Of a stretch of DNA of 64,000 nt, positions 45,186 through 56,889 are shown in pieces. Source of the stretch: a virus. Its lineage: Duplodnaviria > Caudoviricetes. Under the pieces are notes generated by a model. The model worked only from the letters and a program-made list of their open reading frames with translations. It was not told the DNA's origin and did no database searches. The translations under genes were made by a program, and so were the position numbers. Location: positions 21,275 to 85,274 of IMG/VR virus record IMGVR_UViG_2836755666_000005; one strand, given 5' to 3'. How positions within the stretch are numbered: the first letter of the stretch is position 1; each line of letters starts with the position of its first letter.

Positions 45186-45734
45186 AACTTTACATAACTC
45201 GCACGCGAATAGCCTAGCGTTGCAACAAACGCTTTCAGCGATTTTTTACCTCGCCGGATGCTGGTGAAGTCGATTTGCATTTGTTGACCTGGCTGTGTTT
45301 CAAAACGGACGACTACTTCGGGAACAATGCTTGGTTTAAATTGACAAACAAATCGGCGTAATTGAGCAATACCACCTTGATAGCCGTTTTCAACTACCTT
45401 ATCAAATAAGACTGTTGCAGGGATCCAATCAGGTTTAGCCAGTTCAATTCGCTGAAGCAAATAAGGTTTAAAGGGGGATAATTTAGTCGGTTGTTGACTT
45501 CTTTTAGCATAAGTTGGCATTGTCTGTTGTTGTAAATGATGTTTTACGGTGTTACGGGATATACCCAACTCACTGGCAATTTTTCGAAGGCTTTGTCCTT
45601 GTGCAAAGCGAACATGAATATCCACAAATATCTCCTTGGTTAACATAAATTATCCGTACAAAAATGTGCGAATAATACCAAGTGGATCAGTTTTAGATGA
45701 TCGTTAGTGGATCAGTTTTGCATGATCGGTGACA
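45186..45734 (-). mobile_element. IS21-family remnant (one end plus truncated istA)
   Basis: End TGTCACCGATC with two aaaactgatccact repeats; IstA HTH, RFETQPGQQMQIDF, ATLGYSR. Confidence 0.85.
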
Positions 45735-47007
45735 ATGGCAACTACTCTCTGTCGAAAAGATGCTCGCCTGCAGCACCTGCGCTATGGGCGTTCGCCGTTA
45801 TTGCTGTTCTTCACCTGAATGCTCTCATTCACGCTTCTTTTGTCAAACCTGTAAATCCAAAGCCTGCAGTGCGTGTGGCCTCAAAGGCACCGAACAGTGG
45901 ATTGCCCAGCAGCGCCATATTTTGCCGGATTGCGAATGGCAACATATTACCCTCACTATGCCTCACCTACTTTGGCCTTTTTTTAACAATAACTGGTACT
46001 TGCTCAACCAACTCTTTCGCTGTGCAACCCGCGCCATACTCAAACACGCCAAGCGCCAAGGCCTCGAAATTGGCATTTTTTGTGCGCTGCATACTTACGG
46101 TCGCCAACTCAATCAACATCCGCATATTCATTTATCCGTCACGCGTGGGGGACTCACTCAATATGACACCTGGAAACCGATTTTCTTTAAAAAGAAAGAC
46201 GTTGAAAAGGTCTGGCGCAGTGCGGTCATTCGACTCCTTAGGGATAACTATTTTCAGTTACAACCCAATAAATTGCCTGGCTTCGGGCACATTCGCAATT
46301 ATCAGACCTGGTGCCGTTACCTTAATGCCCAGTTTCAACGTTATTGGAAAGTACATTTTGCCAAAAAGACACGCGGGGCCTGGCATAATGTGAAATATCT
46401 GGGCCGTTATCTTAAACGTCCCCCTATCTCCGCTTCTCAATTGAAACACTACAGCGGCGGCACCGTGGTTCATCATTACTATGACCACCACAGCCAACAA
46501 TACAGACGACAGACCTTATCCCAAGAAGAAATGATACGGCGTTATGTCAGTCATATCCCTGCGCGACATTTTAAGATGATCCGTTATTACGGTTTTTTAG
46601 CCAATCGCAAACGCGGGTGCTTATTACCGAAGGTGTATGAGGCGTTAGACATGATATCTCCTAATGTGCCTGAAAAACCTGGGTTTGGGGCCCTTATCAA
46701 AGGTTTTTTAAATACTGACCCGTACCAATGTATTTTATGTGGAAACCGATTGCGGTTTATGAGTGCGGAAAAAGGAATACACGCCGTCACTTTACTGTCA
46801 GAAAGGCGGGATAAAATGGTCAAAAAACGATGGTTACAAACCGCAGCCTAGGAGCAGTGTGCCTATTATTAGGCTTTTAGATGATAATTTAACCGAATTA
46901 CTGTTCTCATGGTTAATCAACGAGAAAACTGTCAGAATTTAATAGAAATATTGAGTTCAAAACACCTCCATTAATGCCTTACTGTATTGATTGAGATTCC
47001 TAACCAT
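45735..47007 (+). mobile_element. Divergent IS91-family element, 5'-truncated by IS21; transposase 45760..46851
   Basis: Same motifs with divergent sequence; ends ttcctaaccat then CAAG. Confidence 0.88.
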
Positions 47008-47095
47008 CAAGTTGCTCATTTCAGAATCAGTTAAACCCGTAAATTTCATCACCGATTGCGTATCCATCCCTGTCATTAGCGTTTGTTTTGCAATC

Positions 47096-47365
47096 TCAAC
47101 GATAAATATCTTTTCTGTGACCAATATCTATTATTAGAATAATTAATTCTTTATCTTGAATATTTACCACAATTCGATAATTCCCGACCCGATAACGCCA
47201 TAAACCTTTTTTTTCTCCATTTAAAGATTTTCCATAAATTCTTGGGTTTTTGGTGTTAATTAGGTTTTTATTTATCCAAGATAAAATAAATAATTGGTCT
47301 GATTTACTGATTCCTTTTAAAGTTTTTACAATATTTTTATGATATTTAACTGTGTACATCATCAA
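47096..47365 (-). CDS. RelE/ParE-family toxin
   Basis: NPRIYGKSL..GLWRYRVGNYRIV..IGHRKDIY. Confidence 0.9.
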   Translation of the reverse strand: MMMYTVKYHKNIVKTLKGISKSDQLFILSWINKNLINTKNPRIYGKSLNGEKKGLWRYRVGNYRIVVNIQDKELIILIIDIGHRKDIYR

Positions 47366-47588
47366 GACCTAAATCAGAGATTAGCTCATCATGATTAATA
47401 ACATCATCATCAGTCATTTCTTTCATAATTTTATTTGCGCGCTGATAAAGCTTGATATCAATTTCATTTTCAATACGTTCAAGCGCTGACTGTCTTAACA
47501 GATTTGAAACAGAAATACCGTTAAAATCTGCAAAATCTTTCAGCAATTCTTTATCTTGTTTGGATATTCTAATGGTTAAATTTTCCAT
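47346..47588 (-). CDS. RelB/DUF6290-like RHH antitoxin
   Basis: LTIRIS..GISVSNLLRQSALERIENEID; overlaps the toxin gene. Confidence 0.85.
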   Translation of the reverse strand: MENLTIRISKQDKELLKDFADFNGISVSNLLRQSALERIENEIDIKLYQRANKIMKEMTDDDVINHDELISDLGLDDVHS

Positions 47589-47648
47589 TTACTCACCTAT
47601 AATGCAAGTGCATTGCAAATACATTATAGGTTAGTGATAACATTTAAG

Positions 47649-50600
47649 TCAATGACTGGGACTAAATCGGTATTGTTTTCTCTTTTCAAGTACCACGCCC
47701 ATCTCTTTAGCTTTCCTCTCGGCCTCAAAAAATCCGTGGACGATTTCACCGTCTGGAAATCGCCAAGCGTCGCCTGTGCCGTTGGCCAGCCTTGCGATCC
47801 ACACTTCGCTATCTTTTTTGGCTGGAATTAACCGCTTTTTGCTAACTTTAATTTTCTCTCTGAGTTGTATTTTTTCGTCCTCAGACAACTCGGCGGACAA
47901 TACTGTACAATACTCAACGATTTCAGCAAGGTTTTTTTCGTCGGTGGCATCGTCGAGGGCAATTAATGCGGCTTCCAGTTTTGGATGGGTTGCTGGTTGT
48001 GTTTCTGTTGGTGCTTCTATCACCGTTTCTGCTTTTTGACGCTGTTTTTCGTTTCGTTCGCGCAGAACATCCCTCAGTGATAGCCGTTTAAACGAAGCAG
48101 GAGCCATTCTAAGCGGTTTTTCTGTTGAATTTACATCCTTCGTATACCTCAAGCATCAAAAATAGCTCAGAAGCGCAAGGAAGCCGTCTAGCGAGGCGAT
48201 GAATCACTGTCTTGAGTGCCATTCTATCAAACCACTTCACCCACGGACTTGAGTCGTATTTTGCGCTTTGTACCGTATCCCGTATTTTTTCCACGTCAGC
48301 ACGACTCATCACTTCGACAACGAGTTCACCACTATTAAGTTTGGCGAAGGCATAGACTTTCACTATCTCATCACCGTCAACAAACGACGGACGATGCGTT
48401 AAATGCTCGCCATTTTCGTCAATCACATATTCAAACTCGTCTTGAGCATAAACCACTTTTGCAATGATATTAGCTACCTGACCGGATTGACGGGCACGTT
48501 TGATAACACCGTCCACCATCGGCATATAGACGGCTTTTTGTTTGCGAACGTAGCACGCTACGCGTGAGCGGCGCAGCGGTGCTGCTTCGGGGATGTTAAT
48601 GAGTTGAGTACTGTTTTATACTCTGCAGTAGGTTAATTTTTTTCAGGGATTCATCTCGATGGCTCGCAATAAATCTCCCAGAAAGCGTAAACCGGTTAAA
48701 TCAGGCAGGCTGCCCGTCACTTCACGTGCCACAACGCCTGTTTATCTGAAACGTTTTATGATCTCTCTCCCACCCGAAAATGATGATGACAGACCGCCTG
48801 AATTTTTTTATGACACCCTAAAAGAAGCCATACGCCACTGCGTCCGACTCGGCCCCCAATTTTTTCTCGACACGCAGTATTACCCGCCGCTAGTCACGAT
48901 TATCAGGAGTTTTGAACAACGCCAAGACCAAGCCGATGACGCTGGATACGACTACACTGAGGGGGGAATAACTGAAAGTCTGCCTGCCGATGAATTCATC
49001 ACCTATACGGAGCTGGGAATAATCCCTGTTTCCTTTGAACCCTGGGATAAACACACCGATAACTGGGCTGACGAATCTGACAATTTCTGTTTCTTTGGCA
49101 AGATGCCCATAAGGTAATTGAGTCAGATGTATATCCCTCGTCCTGCTAAACTACTTTTCACCATTGATGACGGTTGGAATAAATTCCTCGAAAAATACGG
49201 CGATAGCGTTAGTTCGTGGACGAGTTTATCTGTGGAGCGCATGCTTGCCTGCGGCACTTGTGCCATGGGTGTCCGGCGCTATTGTTGCGCTTCGTCTGAT
49301 TGTTCTCACAGCCGTTTTTTCTGCCAAAGCTGTAAGTCAAAAGCCTGCAGTTCATGTGGCTTTAAAGCCACCGAGCAGTGGTTAGCACAGCAGGTTCATA
49401 TTTTACCCGACTGCGACTGGCAACACATTACTTTCACCATGCCACATCTCCTTTGGCCTTTTTTTAACAATAACTGGCCGCTACTTAATGCTCTGTTTCG
49501 GGCAGCCACTCGAGCTATGCTGCAGTTGGCTCGCAAACAGGGTATCGAAATTGGTATTTTCTGTGCCTTGCATACTTATGGCCGGCAACTCAATCAACAT
49601 CCGCATGTTCATGTTTCCGTCACTCGAGGGGGTTTGGATAGTAAACATAGTGTATGGCGAAAGCTGTTTTTCAAAAAAAAGGATGTCGAAGAAATCTGGC
49701 GAGGGGCTGTTATCCGACTACTGCGTCACAGTTATGATTTAATTAACCCTGGCCTTCTTCCCGGTCTTGGCCATATCCGTGACAAAAAACATTGGCGGCG
49801 TTACTTGAGGGCGCAGTACGGACGTTATTGGAAAGTGCACTTTGCTAAAAAAACGAAAGGGGCATGGCATAGTGTTAAGTACCTCGGTCGCTACCTTAAA
49901 CGCCCACCGGTATCTGCGTCAAAACTGCGGCATTACCGAGGGGTGCCGTTGTTCATCACTACCATGACCACCGAACTGGCCAGCATCGGCAGCAGACTCT
50001 GCCGCAGGAAGAGATGATTAGACGCTATATAAGCCATATTCCGGCCAGGCATTTTAAAATGGTGCGTTACTCTGGTTTTTTGTCGAATCGTAAACGAGGA
50101 AAACTATTGCCGAAAGTGTATAAGGCACTTGAGATGACGGCACGTAAAAAACCGGAGAACCCAGGTTTTTTCTGTGCTGATGAAAGGATTTCTGCGTACC
50201 GATCCGTACAAATGTATTCTGTGTGGCGACAGGCTGCTTTTCACCGGGGCGCAAATGGGTAAAAAAGCAACGGAATTGTTGTCAGAAAGACTGCATAACC
50301 TGGAGAAAAAGCGATGGTTACGCAGCTAAACGCAGGATCAATGTGTCTAAAATAAGGAAATCAGGTTAGAAATTACACTCTCTGAGGAAATGTTAACTGG
50401 CACTAAACACAATAAATCGATCCCCATCTCCTTTTTGCAATAAGGGATGGCTTTTGCTACTCACTTTAAAAGCGATTCAATTTCCTAACCATGAACAACT
50501 AGCACTGCCTCTCTGCCGTCCGGCATCAGTCCGTCTTTGGAGCAGCGAGTTAAAGCCAGTACAAGTGATTGTTTATCGGCTTTTTGCAACTCCGCGTTCT

Positions 50601-50739
50601 CTATCAGTGCAGTCGCTGCGGTTCGGGTAAACTGCTCAGGCGTGACCTGAGCGGGTAACAGGGCGGCGATTCCCTGTTGCATGATGACAGATTGCAGATT
50701 GGTATAAACGTTGGTCATGGTTTCCAGTTCGGTATTCAT
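47649..50739 (-). pseudogene. recT: recT paralogue split by IS91 (plus an indel near 48140)
   Basis: VLVV|RKQKA rejoins across the IS; matches 27780..28922. Confidence 0.85.
48546..50492 (+). mobile_element. IS91 copy in recT (homopolymer indels in the transposase)
   Basis: GAACgtagc...cctaaccat then GAAC. Confidence 0.9.
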
Positions 50740-52334
50740 GCCACACCTCCTTCCAACATCAACGCTTCTCTGCGTTTTCTATCCGCCTGTTTTGACCAGA
50801 AAGGACGGGATATTTTAACTATCGGATAAGTTTCAATGACGCTTTCTAGCATATCAATCACACGGTTGACTTCGTATACGCCCTGTTCGCTATCTTCGTC
50901 GTCTGGCTCACAAAGTATCACCGGAAAACGCCCGCAAACTGTTTTTTTTCCAATCGCGCAGAAAGTGAAAGTCATCGCTTGACCAAAAACCCAATAGGCA
51001 ACCAGACGGTAAAATTCCGCCTGTATGTGATAGCTATACTTGTTAACGGAATTACCAAAATCAAAAACATCTTCTGTTGTTTTCACATCCAACAAGGAGG
51101 GTTTGTCGGAATATATGCCGAAAAAATCAGGGCGGATTTTCAAGAGTGTTCCCTTTTCCGTACGATAGAAAATTGAAACCTCTGGTTCGCCGTTTTCTAG
51201 TAGCTCGTCAACCATTGGGTAAGCCAGTGCAGAATCTCGCATCATTTCAACTTGCTCAAAGTCGTCTTTTTTGAGCACGATTTGATTTTTGGCCACGGAT
51301 TGCGCCTCAAAATCCGCCAAGGTTTGTTTGCCATCTTTGGTTCGCAAATCAACATCTGGCGCACAAAGGTACTGTTCACGGAAGCGCTCCGGCTCAAGAA
51401 TAGCGGCATGTACAGCCGTACCAATCAAAAACGCACCGTTTTTAGTCTCTTTGTAGGGAGCGTCCTTGTTTGAATCTACGACAGCTATTGTTTTTGCTTT
51501 CTGAATCTCTCGTATTTGCGTACTGGAATAGCCGTTTGCCGCATGATAGGTGCTATTTGCGAGGTGGCGAACAATCAGACTTTCTGTGGGTTTTAACGCA
51601 TCAACACAGCCGTTTAACATCTCAAGCTCGATACCCTCGCCGCTCATGATTTTTCCGTTAACGGGTGGGAAAGCAGAGAAAATGGAGTTGTCTTCGATAT
51701 TTTTGATGACCGAGTTAATTAACTCTTTTTCTTCTGTATAATTATTAACCAACTCATCAAGTGCGACATTCGTCACGCTTTTTTCGACTTCTCCCAAGTT
51801 TTCCACAGGTATAACTACAGATTCAGTGGATAACTCTGTTGATTGTGTGAATAACCTCTCTTTTTGTACGCCATCTACAAGATTAATCGCTATTTCTTTA
51901 ACTTCATTAAGGGAAATAATCTTGTCTGCTTCCTGTATTTTCACAGACAACAATTCACGCAGTTCGGTATATTGCTCAAAAAGCTCTGGCTCTTCCGCTG
52001 GATTGGCGAGCAATTCATCTGCATCTCGAATTTCCCCTTCGTCGTACTCTTCCTGAATCCCAAATATCGTCAGCAAAGCGCAAAACTGGTCTATTTCCTG
52101 CTCTTCGGTAATATCCGTCTGCTTTTCCGTATTAGCGAGGCATTCCTCAACGCTGATTTCTTCCAATCGCGGCGATTTGTAAAAACAGCAATTTGCGCCG
52201 TCAGTTTCAAAGATATGTTGAGAAGCCAATTTCTTGGCGGCAATTTTCGTCTCAGATGCAAGATAGATATGCGATGTTGTTTTGCCGTTCTTGTGGTCAA
52301 CGGTTGTGATAATGGTTGCTTTGAAGTATTTCAT
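50736..52334 (-). CDS. Intact RecE/exonuclease VIII-like nuclease
   Basis: GTAVHAAILEPE, KIRPD, DVKTT, YHIQAEFY. Confidence 0.85.
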   Translation of the reverse strand: MKYFKATIITTVDHKNGKTTSHIYLASETKIAAKKLASQHIFETDGANCCFYKSPRLEEISVEECLANTEKQTDITEEQEIDQFCALLTIFGIQEEYDEGEIRDADELLANPAEEPELFEQYTELRELLSVKIQEADKIISLNEVKEIAINLVDGVQKERLFTQSTELSTESVVIPVENLGEVEKSVTNVALDELVNNYTEEKELINSVIKNIEDNSIFSAFPPVNGKIMSGEGIELEMLNGCVDALKPTESLIVRHLANSTYHAANGYSSTQIREIQKAKTIAVVDSNKDAPYKETKNGAFLIGTAVHAAILEPERFREQYLCAPDVDLRTKDGKQTLADFEAQSVAKNQIVLKKDDFEQVEMMRDSALAYPMVDELLENGEPEVSIFYRTEKGTLLKIRPDFFGIYSDKPSLLDVKTTEDVFDFGNSVNKYSYHIQAEFYRLVAYWVFGQAMTFTFCAIGKKTVCGRFPVILCEPDDEDSEQGVYEVNRVIDMLESVIETYPIVKISRPFWSKQADRKRREALMLEGGVA

Positions 52335-52693
52335 TATTTCGCCCCCTCAATGCGGTTATTCGCCTGTTGTTCCAATCTCCGCAAAATGCTGCCTCTGGCT
52401 TTGGGTAATGACTGTTCTCGCTGGTTATCAGAGCAGTGGCAGCAAGCACTCGAACACGCTTTCATCATCGAAGGATGGTAAAAAAGCGCCTTGAATTGTT
52501 TACGGTTAATTTTTTCAACAAACTCGATACACGCTTCTTCAGGAAAAACACAGGGGCGGTTATCCAGTCTTGCACGCCAGAAAAAACTCACGAGATTTAA
52601 GGAAAGTTTGCCACAATGACAACAGGTGAAACGCACATCAGGGCGTCCCTGACTAGTTCGACGAAATCCGTTGAGGGTGTAGGTATATTTCAT
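52334..52693 (-). CDS. Cys-rich hypothetical phage protein
   Basis: Near-identical to 23514..23873. Confidence 0.7.
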   Translation of the reverse strand: MKYTYTLNGFRRTSQGRPDVRFTCCHCGKLSLNLVSFFWRARLDNRPCVFPEEACIEFVEKINRKQFKALFYHPSMMKACSSACCHCSDNQREQSLPKARGSILRRLEQQANNRIEGAK

Positions 52694-52761
52694 GCTACAC
52701 CTCCAACAGACTGAACGGCTTTACCACACGAACGAGGAAGCAAATTCACCGGAATATAGCG

Positions 52762-53316
52762 CTAAAAGCCTTTCGATTTGCAAAATGCCCTTAGCTGACA
52801 AGCTGAATGCACGTCAGCTTTCTCATAAATAATATTTAAATGATGCCCTACCGTTCTCGTTCCGATATCTAGCCGTCTCGCAATTTCCTTAAGACTTAAT
52901 CGCTGAAACGCTAAAAACAGAACATCCCTCTCTCTATCAGTGAACAGCTTGTTAGGTTTTTCTGTAGTGACCGCATAAGGCTGCATGCCATCGACATACT
53001 CCATCGGCGACAAAAACAGGAATTCGTGAGCGTGAAAGAAAGTGCCTAGGTAGCCATTTTCACTACAAAAAAGCGGTAAAAAATGAAAGTGCCAAACAGT
53101 GGGCGATTTCTTGAAATTAGCGGGCAAATTGCACATCAAAGAAAACGGCAATTTTTCAGCGTGAACTTTCTCTATCAACGTTTTCAATTCGGCAGAGAAA
53201 ATCATTGAGTGAAGCAAATCTGACATTGTGAGATTCATTTGAAATTCGCCTTCACTATCAACAAACCCACAGGGAACACCGCTACTCAAAAAGAATTTAA
53301 TCATTTCAGATTTCAT
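52762..53316 (-). CDS. PAS-like/LuxR-HTH regulator, premature TAG near the C-terminus
   Basis: Paralogue of 22658..23284; GAG>TAG, with the tail still encoded downstream. Confidence 0.72.
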   Translation of the reverse strand: MKSEMIKFFLSSGVPCGFVDSEGEFQMNLTMSDLLHSMIFSAELKTLIEKVHAEKLPFSLMCNLPANFKKSPTVWHFHFLPLFCSENGYLGTFFHAHEFLFLSPMEYVDGMQPYAVTTEKPNKLFTDRERDVLFLAFQRLSLKEIARRLDIGTRTVGHHLNIIYEKADVHSACQLRAFCKSKGF

Positions 53317-53453
53317 ACTGCACCTCCGATACTACGAAGATAATCACGCTGACGATTGGTAAGGTGTTTTGATGTGAGAGCAAAGCTCAAATGCTGCTCG
53401 ATTGATATGCCGCACGCTTTCATTATGCGTGCAATATGCGTACTATTTCGCAT
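53313..53453 (-). CDS. 46-aa R-type leader peptide
   Basis: MRNSTHIARIMKACG...IGGAV; ATGA-coupled. Confidence 0.6.
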   Translation of the reverse strand: MRNSTHIARIMKACGISIEQHLSFALTSKHLTNRQRDYLRSIGGAV

Positions 53454-53523
53454 AGTCTGATTCCTACTTTAGCTAGGTTTTGGATTAGCTGGCTGTTCGG
53501 GTTGCCTCCCGTTCAGTCAGCGC
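53451..53523 (+). ncRNA. Putative antisense RNA, hairpin near 53488-53521
   Basis: Same architecture as the other copies. Confidence 0.45.
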
Positions 53524-53528
53524 GAAAA

Positions 53529-53969
53529 TTATTCTTGGTTAATTTTTACTTTATCTAATATACCATTTCTGCTGTAAACTGATGTCCACTCAATCGACTG
53601 AACTCTTGTCCAATCAACTTTCACAGCATATTTTTTATTTACTCTAAATTCACCTCTGCTAATTCGTTCTATTAAACCAGCAGAAATCAAAAAATTAATA
53701 TTATTATTGAAAGTTTGTAACTTAAGATTGTTTGCTTTCAAAAAAGCAGCTTTAGTTTTTGAACCGTAAGCAACAACGTTTTCATAGTTCATATTTAATA
53801 ACATAAAGTTAAAAATTTTATACTGAGTGGCGTTTATCCCTTTAACACGACAGAGATCACGTATATAAACCTTAACAAATTCAGGTTCTGTTAAAATCTC
53901 TCCAGTTATATGATCTATATACGTTGAAGCCATTAAACTCTCCATTAAATACCGATTTATAAGTATCAT
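53529..53969 (-). CDS. RepL-like replication protein (cassette 4)
   Basis: IDHITGEI, EFVKVY, IFNFMLLNMNYENVV, wHTH, FRVN; 22-bp aaaatact..aacggtaa repeats upstream. Confidence 0.6.
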   Translation of the reverse strand: MILINRYLMESLMASTYIDHITGEILTEPEFVKVYIRDLCRVKGINATQYKIFNFMLLNMNYENVVAYGSKTKAAFLKANNLKLQTFNNNINFLISAGLIERISRGEFRVNKKYAVKVDWTRVQSIEWTSVYSRNGILDKVKINQE

Positions 53970-54189
53970 AGTAATAAAATAGCAATATATAAATACTTTT
54001 TTTTAAGTATCTAAGATACTTTTAAATCTTTAAAATACTGCCTAACGGTAACTAAAATACTTCTCAACGGTAATATAGATACTCAACACAATGATTTTAA
54101 ATACCGCCTAGCGGTATTAATATTAGCTTTAAGCCTTGAAAACACTAAACCCACCATTCTTATCTTAAATCTTTCCATAAATAGTTTCA

Positions 54190-54406
54190 GACGACTCAAT
54201 AGCAACCTACTAATCTCCGCTTCAACGTCTCTTGCGGTGAGCAGACTGAGTTACGGAAAAACACGATTTTCTTTTAAAAAAACCAAAAAATCTTTTCAAG
54301 AATTAACGCCCACCGCTCGCCACAGCCAAGTGACCGAGCAACGCGAGCGAACGGGCGAGGAAGCGGAAGATAACCGGAAGTTACAGAAATCACGGTCACT
54401 CGAAAT
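54190..54406. other. pas/ssi-like cassette arm
   Basis: Homologous to the other arms. Confidence 0.55.
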
Positions 54407-54419
54407 TGACAGAAGAAGT

Positions 54420-54672
54420 GACCAAAAAGCGGTAGAAAATGAAATTGCCAAATGGTGGGTGCTTTCTTGAAATTAGCGGGCAAATTGCACATCAAAGAAA
54501 ACGGCAATTTTTCAGCGTGAACTTTCTCTATCAACGTTTTCAATTCGGCAGAGAAAATCATTGAGTGAAGCAAATCTGACATTGTGAGATTCATTTGAAA
54601 TTCACCTTCACTATCAACAAACCCACAGGGAACACCGCTACTCAAAAAGAATTTAATCATTTCAGATTTCAT
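54420..54672 (-). pseudogene. Truncated duplicate of the PAS/LuxR regulator 5' end
   Basis: Near-identical to the first ~83 codons of 52762..53316, then joins the pas arm. Confidence 0.8.
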
Positions 54673-54809
54673 ACTGCACCTCCGATACTACGAAGATAAT
54701 CACGCTGACGATTGGTAAGGTGTTTTGATGTGAGAGCAAAGCTCAAAAGCTGCTCGATTGATATGTCACACGCTTTCATTATGCGTGCAATATGCGTACT
54801 ATTTCGCAT
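54669..54809 (-). CDS. 46-aa R-type leader peptide
   Basis: MRNSTHIARIMKACD... Confidence 0.6.
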   Translation of the reverse strand: MRNSTHIARIMKACDISIEQLLSFALTSKHLTNRQRDYLRSIGGAV

Positions 54810-54878
54810 AGTCCACTCCTAGTCTATTTAGGGTTTGGATCAGGTGCTTGTTGTGGTGACAGCCACTACAAGTACCGC
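54807..54878 (+). ncRNA. Putative antisense RNA, hairpin near 54843-54876
   Basis: ggtgcttgttgtgg/ccactacaagtacc pairs with G.U on +. Confidence 0.45.
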
Positions 54879-54883
54879 TAAAA

Positions 54884-55303
54884 TTATAATCTGTTGTACA
54901 TGAGTAATATATTTAGCCGTTTATTCTTATCTCCTTTAAAAATAACATTAGGATTTAGCATATAAACTCCATTTTGTTTCATCTTCAAAATATCCCCTTT
55001 TTGTAATATTTTTAGAGTTTCAGTAACTATGGGGAGAGAAACCTGACATTTAATAGATATATCTCTTTGTGTGGCAATTATCGTATTTTCAAAGTTCTTA
55101 TTATCCAATAACCACGTCACTACTTTTATTTTTTTACTTCCCATACAATCTAATGCTTGTAAAATATGCCCAAGCCATATTTTTTCAAAGTTGAAATCGG
55201 TATCCTCCATATGAACAACATTCATATCGACTAATTCACCGGTGGATTGGTCAAGATATGTCTTTTTACCGATAATTTTTGATTTGCGCTTGGTTGTTTT
55301 CAT
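54884..55303 (-). CDS. RepL-family replication protein (cassette 3)
   Basis: YLDQSTGEL, FEKIW, WLLDNKNFENTIIATQRDI, GVYMLNPNVIFKG. Confidence 0.75.
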   Translation of the reverse strand: MKTTKRKSKIIGKKTYLDQSTGELVDMNVVHMEDTDFNFEKIWLGHILQALDCMGSKKIKVVTWLLDNKNFENTIIATQRDISIKCQVSLPIVTETLKILQKGDILKMKQNGVYMLNPNVIFKGDKNKRLNILLMYNRL

Positions 55304-55534
55304 ATTTTACTTTCTGTTTAATTATAATTTATACAAATTAGCAAATATTAGTATTTTGGTTAATATTTAAATTTACTATTTTGTACAAAAATTTTTTATA
55401 CAAAAAATAAAGGATTTTTATACGTCTGTAAAAAAATCCTTATACACAAAAATCATAAAAAATAAAATAAAATCAAAGTCTTAAATAACATCCACTTAAA
55501 TTTCACTCTATATCTATGATATAGGAACACCCAA

Positions 55535-55795
55535 ACTACTCATTAGTAGCAAACTAACTTCCGCTTCCTCGTAGCCGCTGTTCGGTGCTCGCAAGCTGCG
55601 CTCCGCCTCAACGTCTCCTGCGGTGAGCGGACTGAGTTAAGGAAAAACCGATTTTCTTTTAAAAAAAAATCAAAAAATCTTTTCAAAATTTAACGCCCAC
55701 CGCTCGCCGCAGCCAAGTGACCGAGCAACGCGAGCGAACGGGCGAGGAAGCGGAAGATAACCGGAAGTTACAGAAAGCACGGTCACTCGAAAATT
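55535..55795. other. pas/ssi-like cassette arm
   Basis: Homologous to the other arms; abuts a truncated luxR at 55796-55893. Confidence 0.55.
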
Positions 55796-55889
55796 ACAGA
55801 GATTTCTCAATAGGTTTTGCCCACACTTACCCAATGAAGCACCTCGTTTTCACGCTTGGTTAATCTTCTGAATAATTTTAAATCGGAGT

Positions 55890-56024
55890 TCATGCCGCAC
55901 CTCCGACTCTATTCAGAATTCGGGTACGCTGACGAAAGGTTAAATTGCGGGATTCACGAGCAAATAACTCGATTATTTGATTTTGCGCTTCAATTACGCG
56001 CACACGGAAGGTACTATTTTGCAT
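55890..56024 (-). CDS. 44-aa hybrid leader peptide (MQNSTFRVRVIEAQ...)
   Basis: R-type start joined to a K-type body. Confidence 0.6.
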   Translation of the reverse strand: MQNSTFRVRVIEAQNQIIELFARESRNLTFRQRTRILNRVGGAA

Positions 56025-56096
56025 AGTCCGACTCCTAGGATAGTTAGGTTGTTGGATTAGGTGCTTGTTGGGAGTTACGATCTCAGCAAGTACCGA
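56022..56096 (+). ncRNA. Putative antisense RNA, hairpin near 56060-56094
   Basis: Three G.U pairs on +; TTCAAT-17-TACTAT at 55989-56017. Confidence 0.5.
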
Positions 56097-56102
56097 CTAT
56101 TT

Positions 56103-56513
56103 TTAAATTAAGTTATTCCAAATTCGTAATATAGTTAAACGATTTCCTACTCCTCCATAATGAATTACGCTAGGGTTTAAAAGGTAGGTTCCTGATCTTT
56201 TCTGTTTTAAGTAACCATTATCTTTTAATGCTTTAAAAACTCTAGCAACTGTAGCAACGCCAACGGACTCTTCTTTAGCTATCTCTCTTTGAGTTCCATG
56301 TATTTCATTTTGATTATTCTTATTTTTTAAAATCCATCCCAAAACTTTCTCACTTCCGTTACCTGTACAACCAATCATTAAAGCTAATTCATTAAGGAAG
56401 ACTTTGTTAAAGGAACCACCATCCTGAGTTTTAAGGATGTCTATACTCATACACTCACCTGTTGTCTTGTGCACTAAATGCCATTCTTCCAAATTCAATT
56501 CCTTAACATTCAT
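56103..56513 (-). CDS. RepL-family replication protein (cassette 2)
   Basis: HKTTGE, FNKVF, NQNEIHGTQREIA, GTYLLNPSVI; tgttatca/tgataac repeats upstream. Confidence 0.72.
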   Translation of the reverse strand: MNVKELNLEEWHLVHKTTGECMSIDILKTQDGGSFNKVFLNELALMIGCTGNGSEKVLGWILKNKNNQNEIHGTQREIAKEESVGVATVARVFKALKDNGYLKQKRSGTYLLNPSVIHYGGVGNRLTILRIWNNLI

Positions 56514-56814
56514 GTTTAATACTCATGATAACGTTTGTTCGGTTAACTCTAACATTTGTTATCACATAAATCAATTATATGTTCCAAAAAATGATATCAA
56601 AACATTATGTTATCAAATTTGATAACAAAATTCCAATATAAACATTTCTTATTATCAAAATGAATACAAAAATTTACCTAAAACTAATGCAATACATTAA
56701 TAAATATAAAAAATAATCTTATTTCAGATAACCCTTCACCGTTCTCATGGAATGTGATAATTTAACAATTTGATTCGGTGCTTCACAGACGAGCACGCGG
56801 AAGGTAGACTTTTT

Positions 56815-56888
56815 CATTAGCCTTACTCCTATCATCGGTAGGTTTAGGGTTAGCTGGTAGTAAGAGGCGAAAACTCTTGCTATCAGCG
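56815..56888 (+). ncRNA. Putative antisense RNA, hairpin near 56853-56887, over a truncated K-type leader
   Basis: gctggtagtaagag/ctcttgctatcagc. Confidence 0.45.
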
Positions 56889-56889
56889 A

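Noticed and set aside
45089-45646. IstA-capsid fusion protein
   Set aside because: A deletion junction; the tail of the ORF is out-of-frame capsid sequence.
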